From the IMG/VR virus record IMGVR_UViG_2737471848_000011: 6,707 bases of DNA, one strand, 5' to 3'. Below, piece after piece: positions 1-5,292 of this stretch. This DNA is from a virus (lineage: Duplodnaviria > Heunggongvirae > Uroviricota > Caudoviricetes). The position numbers were made by a program, and so were the translations under genes. The stretch's first letter is position 1. Each line of letters opens with the position of its first letter. The notes under the pieces were generated by a model. That model had not been told where the DNA came from, ran no database searches, and worked only from the letters and a program-made list of their open reading frames with translations.

Positions 1-156
1 AGGACGGATAACCACATCGTAGCCGTTCCGTCATCTGCCTGGCTGCACGGCAGGGGGACAGCCATACTCGCCATCGTCATTTGTGTGCCCTTGCTGGTGG
101 TCTTTAACTGTGGGTCAGCCACCAGCCGCCCGTAAGCCGCTATCTGTGCTGTCATG
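1..156 (-). CDS. Hypothetical protein, N-terminal 52 codons only (gene runs off the left edge); possible OB-fold / SSB-like N-terminus
   Basis: ATG at 156..154 preceded by GGAGAGGTGG at a 4-nt spacer; open to the window edge. The ATG overlaps the TGA stop of the upstream 81-aa ORF (ATGA). N-terminus MTAQIAAYGRLVADPQLKTTSKGTQMTMASMAV loosely matches the first strands of SSB-type OB folds (G-x-L-x-x-D-P). The fold assignment is inference from pattern only. Confidence 0.4.
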
Positions 157-397
157 ATTCCACCTCTCCGGTTTTAACGTTGATGGTTGTTACCTGTTCC
201 GCTTCGGCAATCTCCCGTTCTGTCAGCGTGGCAAAGTTTGCAGCTGCCGTTGTCATGAATGCGCTAACCAGTTCGGGATGTGCTTTCGCATATCCTTCCC
301 CGGCGTTGCGGTCGATGATTTTTATCGACACCCTTAACCAGTGTTCCGTCAAATCAAGGGCGTGCGATTGTGATTTTTTTGTGTGCTTCGCTGTCAT
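152..397 (-). CDS. Hypothetical 81-aa protein downstream of the origin
   Basis: ORF in the six-frame track; ATG at 397..395 with only a weak Shine-Dalgarno; stop TGA overlaps the start of the next leftward gene (ATGA), suggesting translational coupling. No family recognised. Confidence 0.45.
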   Translation of the reverse strand: MTAKHTKKSQSHALDLTEHWLRVSIKIIDRNAGEGYAKAHPELVSAFMTTAAANFATLTEREIAEAEQVTTINVKTGEVES

Positions 398-443
398 AGG
401 CTTTATCTCACAGCAGTAAATTAAAATTTTTGCGTTTCAACCC

Positions 444-671
444 TTCACCTGTTCACCTTTTGATATTTTATCTTTTAATTCATAATGTTAAGGGGTGAAC
501 AGTTTCACAAAAACTATTCACCAACTGTTCACCACTGTTCACCCTTGAAGCTCAATAAACAATCAAAAAGGTGAACAGTGAATAGTTTGGTGAACAGTTC
601 ATAAATAACTGTTCACCATATAATATACTGATATAAAAGATATTTATGACAGGGTGAACAGTGATGAACAG
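444..671. repeat. Iteron array, putative replication origin (ori/crr-like), with AT-rich stretch
   Basis: Perfect octamer TGTTCACC or its complement GGTGAACA at 450-457, 494-501, 526-533, 536-543, 570-577, 589-596, 610-617, 653-660; degenerate copies at 444-449, 515-522, 577-584, 663-670; both orientations. AT-rich block at about 621-650. Sits directly 3' of the alpha-like gene. The octamer is the one I recall as the P4 alpha-binding type I iteron. Confidence 0.8.
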
Positions 672-684
672 TTATTCCATAAGT

Positions 685-2499
685 TTAATTTTTGCCATCG
701 TCATTTGTGACCGATGCACATGAGGGCATCCAGTCTTCTGAATCCTCTGTCAGTATCACGTTTGAACGCAAGCCATGCTTCGTTTTCCGTTTCATATACT
801 CCCTGCCGTATTCCGCCATTGCCCCTGGCATATCCTTACCGAAGCGTGTCAGTGTTACGGGCTTACCGAATCCGTGTGCCCTCATATACGCCAGATAGGC
901 GTGATAGAGATACCTGCGCGGGCTGAACGGAATAATTTCAGCATTACCCACTAACAGGCCATCGCACATTACCGACGACATGAGATAGCCGCAGAAGTCC
1001 ACCAGCGAATCGCCCTCGCGTTTTATCACCAGGGCTTCTTCTGATTTCTGCTGCTCATATAGCAGGCGTTTAGCTTCGTCCTGGTCAGAAAAGCGTGTAA
1101 GCAGGTGGCGAATCACTACCGCCAGCTCTCCTTCTATTTTTTCAGCCAGCATAGGGTCACGTTCGTTCTCCGGTACAACTTCCGAAAAATTGAATATTAC
1201 CCGACGACGTGATATCCCACCGCTGCGGTCACTGAATGACATGGCGTTATTGTTCACCGCCAGCACGACCGCCTGAATGCGTGTTGAGTAGGGGGCTTTA
1301 TGTTTCGGGTCGATTGCCACCTTATCACCGCCTGTAATGGCCTTAATCCCTGCACCATCACCAGCGTAACGGGTCATATCCGGCATGATAATCAGCGAAA
1401 AGCCAACCACTAACGCACGTTCCCTGGCATCTTCCAGCGCCTTCATGCTTGCCGATACCGTGTTGGCCTTACCCGCCAGCATAGTGCAAATCTCCGCCAT
1501 TACGCTTTTACCGCTTCCACCCGGCCCCGTTACCTCAAGAAATAACTGCCAGTCGTACCGATTCGCCAGCACCATGAATAACGCCGCCAGTACGCGATCT
1601 GCCTTGCGGTCATTCTCAGCCACCGAACGGCGCAACCACTTCCAGAAATTCGGCGCATGTGTTGCCAGCGTTTCCCCCTCTGCTGGTGGGCTGAAAGGTA
1701 ATTCACTGGCAATTAACAACCAGTCGTTTTTGTTATGCTCCCGAAAATTACCAGTTCTGGTATCAAATACCCCGTTACTGAATCCAATCAGGTTACGGGC
1801 TGTATTCCCCATTACGGGCAAACTTAACTTCATGGTATCGACCGCCGATTTGATGGCGTTCTGCGAATAGCTGATTTCCGCATCAATAAAAATCTGCGCC
1901 ATAGTCCGCTGTAACTCTTTATCCTGTACCGGCTCCCATACAACACCGTTGTAGTGGTGAACGGTGTCAGAATCCGCATTGATTGCCAGTTCACCGCCAT
2001 AATGTGCCAGGAGAACTTCGCCGCGCTGGCTTGCTCCCATCTGGTTAAGTGCCAGTGGTGTCGCGCTGTCTTCTGTTTTTTTCTTTGCCGGAAACCGGAT
2101 AATCAGTCCGTCATCAATGTTTTTACGCTCACGGGCAAGGTATTCACGCCAGTTCTCACACTTCTGGCTGTGCATGCCATCAGGGTAATAATTCGCATTC
2201 TGTATACTTGCCGCCGCCAGCTTCTGACCAATTGCCTTAACCATTACAGGATCTAACTGTCCGGCTCTGAATATGCGCGCGGATGTGCGCCCATCAGGCA
2301 CTATTTGCAGATTTCCGATCTCTTTCAGTTGTTCATCAGCCAGCACAACAGGTGGCTCATTATCTCCAGCCATACGCGCATCGTGTTCCTGCCATTGTTT
2401 CGCGTGTGCCCAGGCATCACTACCCGCGAAAATAATTACCTCTGTGTCTTTGTGTTTTATTCCGCGTGGCTGTTTTTTTACGTTCGGTGCCAGTTTCAT
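685..2499 (-). CDS. P4 alpha-like replication protein (putative primase-associated SF3/D5-type helicase), 604 aa
   Basis: Long ORF with Walker A GPGGSGKS at aa 325-332, followed by a hydrophobic stretch then acidic residues (LVVGFSLIIMPDM) and an N-rich motif (VLAVNNNAM), as in SF3 helicases of phage/plasmid primases. Start ATG at 2499..2497 overlaps the stop of the upstream 80-aa gene (ATGA) and is preceded by a G6A6 tract. The iteron origin lies immediately downstream. Confidence 0.88.
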   Translation of the reverse strand: MKLAPNVKKQPRGIKHKDTEVIIFAGSDAWAHAKQWQEHDARMAGDNEPPVVLADEQLKEIGNLQIVPDGRTSARIFRAGQLDPVMVKAIGQKLAAASIQNANYYPDGMHSQKCENWREYLARERKNIDDGLIIRFPAKKKTEDSATPLALNQMGASQRGEVLLAHYGGELAINADSDTVHHYNGVVWEPVQDKELQRTMAQIFIDAEISYSQNAIKSAVDTMKLSLPVMGNTARNLIGFSNGVFDTRTGNFREHNKNDWLLIASELPFSPPAEGETLATHAPNFWKWLRRSVAENDRKADRVLAALFMVLANRYDWQLFLEVTGPGGSGKSVMAEICTMLAGKANTVSASMKALEDARERALVVGFSLIIMPDMTRYAGDGAGIKAITGGDKVAIDPKHKAPYSTRIQAVVLAVNNNAMSFSDRSGGISRRRVIFNFSEVVPENERDPMLAEKIEGELAVVIRHLLTRFSDQDEAKRLLYEQQKSEEALVIKREGDSLVDFCGYLMSSVMCDGLLVGNAEIIPFSPRRYLYHAYLAYMRAHGFGKPVTLTRFGKDMPGAMAEYGREYMKRKTKHGLRSNVILTEDSEDWMPSCASVTNDDGKN

Positions 2500-2738
2500 T
2501 TTTTCCCCCCTGCAACCAGCATTTCACGGATTTTGCGGATATAGCTTGCTGCACGTTTTTGATTTACGGCTTTATAATGGTCCACCAGCGTAAAATCACG
2601 GCGGTAGGTGATATTGCCTGGCGTAACGTGACGAATAACCACTCGTCCCCCACGTCTGGTGTCGCGGTAAATATCTCCGAGTCTGATTTCAGGCCGAGAG
2701 AGACCGCTGGCAGTAAAGCCAGAATTTTTCTTTTTCAT
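2496..2738 (-). CDS. Hypothetical small basic protein (80 aa), translationally coupled to the replication gene
   Basis: ATG at 2738..2736 preceded by AGGAAA; ends GGG GGG AAA AAA TGA with the TGA overlapping the alpha-like ATG. Basic composition (many R/K). This position is typical of small accessory proteins upstream of primases in P4-like elements; the family is not confirmed. Confidence 0.55.
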   Translation of the reverse strand: MKKKNSGFTASGLSRPEIRLGDIYRDTRRGGRVVIRHVTPGNITYRRDFTLVDHYKAVNQKRAASYIRKIREMLVAGGKK

Positions 2739-2768
2739 AGTTTTATTTTCCTGTCAGCAGTTCCGGTT

Positions 2769-2942
2769 TTATTTCCGCACGAATACAGAGTTCAGAAAAA
2801 ATTCAGGAGAACCAACAATCTCATTACTTTTCAGTCGGCATTGTGATTTCACTTTCCCTTTATCCAGGTAAACCAGTACGCGTCCGGTGAAATCATCTGG
2901 CACATTAAGCACTACGGGTACATGCGCTTCATGATTATGCAT
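2769..2942 (-). CDS. Putative small protein, 57 aa (MHNHEAHVPVVLNVPDDFTGRVLVYLDKGKVKSQCRLKSNEIVGSPEFFLNSVFVRK), not in the ORF track
   Basis: Hand-translated. ATG at 2942..2940 preceded by GGAGGA at about 8 nt; the start overlaps the TAA stop of the 197-aa gene with the same ATGCATAA junction seen at the 74-aa/197-aa boundary; stop TAA at 2771..2769. Fills an otherwise empty 196-bp gap in the operon. Confidence 0.45.
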   Translation of the reverse strand: MHNHEAHVPVVLNVPDDFTGRVLVYLDKGKVKSQCRLKSNEIVGSPEFFLNSVFVRK

Positions 2943-3528
2943 GGCTTACATCCTCCGTGAATTTTCTTCTGTAACGCGTCTCTGCCACATATTCCGCATA
3001 GTCCGACGCAATACTAAGAATCATTTCACCCTCTGACTTGTAGCCACTGGTATTGATAAGAAAATATGCAGCTTTCATCATGTCAGCAACGCTCAACAAT
3101 GCGCCCGCTGCATCTTCCGGTGCGCCATCAAATTCCCGTTTCAGGGAATTAAAACGATCATCACGCATGTTTACCCCCCCCTGAATGACCTGATAACCGC
3201 AACTGGTCAGCAATTCGATAAATTCCGGCAGTGTGCCGAAACAGCAATCATCACGCAGACGTTCGCGGGATACTTCAACGCCGTTTTCGTAGTGACTCAC
3301 CATGCGTCCGGTAAAATGCAGATCATCATCGTGATGGCACGTTGACGGCTTAATCAGTCGCGCACGTTCCGCCAGTTCCAGCAATGCTTCAACGCTTCCG
3401 GCAATTGCACCATCCGGCAGGTGATAATTACTTACCACGCGTCCATTCTCCACGTTGACCAGTAGCTGCCCGGAAAATATCTCGTCAAACTGAATGCTGT
3501 TAAGGTCAGAAATTGACAGGTTATGCAT
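2935..3528 (-). CDS. Hypothetical protein Z, 197 aa (unknown function; Cys/His-rich patches CHHDDD and DDCCFG)
   Basis: Start chosen at ATG 3528..3526 (MHNLSISDL...) because AGGAGG lies 6 nt upstream; the track ORF begins 6 codons earlier with no SD. The start overlaps the stop of the upstream 74-aa gene (ATGCATAA). Contains a G8 homopolymer at 3174-3181. Confidence 0.7.
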   Translation of the reverse strand: MHNLSISDLNSIQFDEIFSGQLLVNVENGRVVSNYHLPDGAIAGSVEALLELAERARLIKPSTCHHDDDLHFTGRMVSHYENGVEVSRERLRDDCCFGTLPEFIELLTSCGYQVIQGGVNMRDDRFNSLKREFDGAPEDAAGALLSVADMMKAAYFLINTSGYKSEGEMILSIASDYAEYVAETRYRRKFTEDVSHA

Positions 3529-3745
3529 GGTGCACCTCCTGCACATCAGCCATGATAATTTTTCCGGCCTTATCCAGTGCCTGATCGGCTTTTAGCTGCA
3601 CAAATGCTAAATAATGGAAGATGCATTCTGATTCTCTGGCTGCGTGTTTATGCGCCACACCAGCGATAGCAGAAATCTCAATAAGTGAATCCATCAGCGT
3701 TTTGATAGCGTCTACCGCTGCATCAGGCCATGTTGCATTACACAT
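3521..3745 (-). CDS. Hypothetical protein Y, 74 aa
   Basis: The track ORF starts at a GTG (3787); the internal ATG at 3745..3743 has GGGGGTGG upstream and overlaps the stop of gene X by 8 nt (ATGTGTAA), so I call the shorter form. Stop TAA at 3523..3521 overlaps the Z start. Confidence 0.5.
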   Translation of the reverse strand: MCNATWPDAAVDAIKTLMDSLIEISAIAGVAHKHAARESECIFHYLAFVQLKADQALDKAGKIIMADVQEVHHA

Positions 3746-3935
3746 GTTCCACCCCCTGACGAATACGGGCGGCGAATACAGCAACACAACCTGACGGGCA
3801 ACGGCTACGCGCTTCGCGTTCCGTCCAGGCGGTTACGTGGATGATTTGAGATTCTCCGGCACTCAGTGCCAGAAAACGCCACACAAAGGCCGTTTGTGTG
3901 TGTACAAGGTGTGGTATATGATTTACAGCAACCAT
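3738..3935 (-). CDS. Hypothetical protein X, 65 aa, first gene of the leftward operon
   Basis: ATG at 3935..3933 with AGGAG 5 nt upstream; the track ORF extends upstream to 4010 without an SD. Lies downstream of a predicted leftward sigma70 promoter. Confidence 0.5.
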   Translation of the reverse strand: MVAVNHIPHLVHTQTAFVWRFLALSAGESQIIHVTAWTEREARSRCPSGCVAVFAARIRQGVEHV

Positions 3936-3963
3936 AACGGCTCCTAGTTTACGTTGTTGGTTA

Positions 3964-4008
3964 GAAGCCCTGCGAGTGGTAACGACACTTGCGGGGCTTT
4001 GTCTTTTC
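3964..4008 (+). other. Plus-strand-specific hairpin followed by a U-rich tract (terminator-like), within the leader region of the leftward operon
   Basis: Arms AGCCCTGCGAGT (3966-3977) and ACTTGCGGGGCT (3987-3998) pair over 12 bp with two G-U wobbles on the plus-strand RNA, loop 9 nt, then TTGTCTTTTC. On the minus-strand RNA the two wobbles become C-A mismatches, so the structure is asymmetric. Confidence 0.35.
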
Positions 4009-4026
4009 ATCGATTACCTTGATAAA

Positions 4027-4115
4027 GGTGTCAGCCACTATATTAGTAACAGGTGTCAGCCACGTCAATAGTGTTTTTCCGTTTTCTTGTGTGTATACTG
4101 TCAGCCACCTAATAA
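4027..4115. promoter_or_regulatory. Divergent promoter/operator region with three direct repeats of TGTCAGCCAC
   Basis: Repeats at 4029-4038, 4054-4063, 4099-4108 (the first two extend to GGTGTCAGCCAC). Leftward promoter on the minus strand: -35 TTGACG (4068..4063), 17-nt spacer, -10 TAATAT (4045..4040); repeat 2 fills the spacer and repeat 1 covers the predicted transcription start. Rightward candidates: -10 TATACT (4094-4099) or -35 TTGTGT (4087-4092) with -10 TAATAA (4110-4115), either overlapping repeat 3. Confidence 0.5.
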
Positions 4116-4129
4116 CGAGGAAATCAGAT

Positions 4130-4309
4130 ATGGCAACAAAAGCAGTTAATGCAAAATCCAAAAAGCTTGAGGCTCGAGTACCACACGCAATAGCTGATGC
4201 TGTAGAAAATTTAAAGGAAGATGGCGAAAGTACAGGGCAATTTATCGTTTCGGCACTTGAAGGCGAGATCAAACGCCGCCAGCGTCGCAAGGCCAAAGAG
4301 CAGGAATAG
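4130..4309 (+). CDS. Small ribbon-helix-helix-like DNA-binding protein (59 aa), putative repressor of the switch
   Basis: ATG at 4130 with GAGG about 9 nt upstream; the longer track ORF (from 3989) has no SD and overlaps the promoter region. MATKAVNAKSKKLEARVPHAIADAVENLKEDGESTGQFIVSALEGEIKRRQRRKAKEQE fits a beta-strand (KKLEARV), helix A, G-x-S/T turn, helix B pattern with a basic tail. It is the only plus-strand gene and is followed by an intrinsic terminator. Confidence 0.6.
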   Translation: MATKAVNAKSKKLEARVPHAIADAVENLKEDGESTGQFIVSALEGEIKRRQRRKAKEQE

Positions 4310-4397
4310 CCCACCAGCAAGCCAGCACACTGATCACATTGCCCACCAGCCAACAAATCGCTATGATGTTTGGGCTTATGTTTAGTGTTTTCCCATT

Positions 4398-4431
4398 GGC
4401 GACCTCTGATCCGGGTCGCCTTTGTTTTGTC
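4398..4431 (+). terminator. Rho-independent terminator of the RHH gene
   Basis: GGCGACC (4398-4404) / GGTCGCC (4414-4420) 7-bp GC-rich stem, 9-nt loop, followed by TTTGTTTTGTC. The reverse complement has no U-tract, so it is plus-strand specific. Confidence 0.6.
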
Positions 4432-5008
4432 ACTGAATGCGGTTGCCAAAGTAAAACTCAGGCTGATATTCACGTATCAGCCTTTTTTCTTCTTCCTCCA
4501 GCTCACGCTTTTTGCGCTTACATGCCTGTAGCTCCCTCCCCTTCTGACTAGCACTTAACTGATATTGCTCTTTACGGCGAGAAAAGTCCTGTAATGCGCC
4601 CCACGGGATACCATAAGCCCCCGTTTTTCTGATTCCTGGTATCACATTCCTGAATACCCAGTTACTGAAACGATGGGCGAATGTGCCTTGCGTCGTTGCT
4701 TTGCGGCTACGGGCTATTAGTTTGTAGAAACCTGACTCAGAGATAATGCTCATATTCTGATTTCCTCCTGGGGTGTAAGTTAAATTTACTCCCTTTTCAT
4801 CATCATCAAGCATCTGCAACGCCGTACGCGAATTGGTCAGTTCCAGCGCAGCGCAGACATCCTTTGCAACAAACCACGGATCGCCGTTCAGATACACCAC
4901 GCGAACGTTCACACTATCAAAGCGCAGAACGACCAGATCACGAAAATCACAGATTTTTTTTACATGACGTGCGTCACCCTTGCCCGTCACGGCAATATTT
5001 TTATTCAT
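4430..5008 (-). CDS. BRO-N domain protein (phage antirepressor-like), 192 aa
   Basis: Sequence DPWFVAKDVCAALELTNSRTALQMLDDDEKG...IISESGFYKLIARSRKATTQGTFAHRFSNWVFRNVIPGIRKTGAYG matches the conserved Bro-N pattern (PWFVAKDV, DEDEK, SGLY-LI-SRK, W-VLP-IRKTG-Y). C-terminal about 50 aa is charged and coiled-coil-like. ATG at 5008..5006 with GAGGT upstream; contains an A8 tract at codons 16-19. Confidence 0.8.
   Translation of the reverse strand: MNKNIAVTGKGDARHVKKICDFRDLVVLRFDSVNVRVVYLNGDPWFVAKDVCAALELTNSRTALQMLDDDEKGVNLTYTPGGNQNMSIISESGFYKLIARSRKATTQGTFAHRFSNWVFRNVIPGIRKTGAYGIPWGALQDFSRRKEQYQLSASQKGRELQACKRKKRELEEEEKRLIREYQPEFYFGNRIQ
4459..4490 (+). terminator. Second hairpin plus T6 tract (backup terminator) embedded in the 3' end of the BRO-N coding region
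   Basis: GGCTGATA (4461-4468) / TATCAGCC (4475-4482) perfect 8-bp stem, 6-nt loop, then TTTTTT (4483-4488). Confidence 0.4.
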
Positions 5009-5028
5009 TTCTTTTTTACCTCACATAC

Positions 5029-5053
5029 AAAAAACCCCGCATTGCACGCGGGG
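5029..5053 (-). terminator. Rho-independent terminator downstream of the alpA-like gene
   Basis: On the minus strand: CCCCGC, 7-nt loop, GCGGGG (plus 5035-5053) followed by TTTTTT (plus A-run 5029-5034). On the plus strand the stem is followed by tatgaaag, so it acts only on leftward transcripts. Confidence 0.6.
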
Positions 5054-5067
5054 TATGAAAGATATTA

Positions 5068-5292
5068 TTAGTGGGGATTGGCTTGTTCTCGTTGTTTATC
5101 TAACCATGCTTCTACATCTCTACGGTGCCAGGTATGTCGTCGTCCAATTCTGAACGGCTGAGGAAAACCATTATTCTCATCTTTCCAGAAATTGATGAAT
5201 GCACTCATTGCTCCATATCGCAAGATTTTCATTACGTCTTTAGTAAATAAAATATCTTCATTGGTATTCATTTGCTGAACCTCCTCAACCAT
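5068..5292 (-). CDS. alpA: AlpA/Vis-like small DNA-binding regulator (excisionase/activator family), 74 aa
   Basis: Small ORF immediately downstream of, and overlapping, the integrase (ATGGTTGA junction). Helix-turn-helix-like core ILFTKDVMKILRYGAMSAFINFWKDENNGFPQPFRIGRRHTWHRRDVEAWL resembles AlpA-family proteins paired with P4-type integrases. Confidence 0.75.
   Translation of the reverse strand: MVEEVQQMNTNEDILFTKDVMKILRYGAMSAFINFWKDENNGFPQPFRIGRRHTWHRRDVEAWLDKQREQANPH

Noticed and set aside
248-310. EGYAKA string in the 81-aa ORF, resembling the EGYATA primase motif reported for P4 alpha and the RP4/ColIb primases
   Set aside because: It is a single short motif in an 81-aa protein with no surrounding Toprim-like context; most likely coincidence. 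Kept only as a note in case the region is a decayed primase fragment.
180-419. 79-aa plus-strand ORF antisense to the 81-aa gene
   Set aside because: No SD and Cys-rich odd composition; the minus-strand ORF is supported by the ATGA coupling with its downstream gene.
421-680. Iteron region as a CRISPR array or transcription-factor array
   Set aside because: The repeats are 8-mers in both orientations with irregular spacing and no regular spacers; the position next to an alpha-like gene fits an origin.
692-926. Plus-strand ORFs 692..898 and 714..926 at the 3' end of the replication gene
   Set aside because: Antisense to the C-terminus of the replication protein; no start signals.
1385-2593. 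Several plus-strand ORFs (1385..1870, 1954..2256, 2273..2593, 2305..2544) and a minus-strand ORF (1530..1712) inside the replication gene
   Set aside because: All are embedded in or antisense to the long, motif-supported 604-aa ORF and have no ribosome-binding sites; typical shadow ORFs.
2466-2846. 126-aa plus-strand ORF across the 80-aa gene and the replication gene start
   Set aside because: Antisense to two coupled minus-strand genes and to the untracked 57-aa ORF; no SD.
3989-4129. N-terminal extension of the RHH ORF (track start at 3989, 106 aa)
   Set aside because: The extension would be translated from within the promoter/operator repeats and lacks an SD; the ATG at 4130 has an SD and gives a typical RHH-sized protein.
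3961-4473. 170-aa minus-strand ORF spanning the switch region and the RHH gene
   Set aside because: It overlaps the promoter/operator repeats, the well-supported plus-strand RHH gene and its terminator, has no Shine-Dalgarno, and its low-complexity composition looks like antisense noise.
4339-4551. 70-aa plus-strand ORF across the terminator region
   Set aside because: It spans two terminator hairpins and is antisense to the BRO-N C-terminus; implausible as a gene.
4864-5058. 64-aa plus-strand ORF antisense to the BRO-N start and the alpA terminator
   Set aside because: Antisense shadow ORF crossing an intergenic terminator; no SD.
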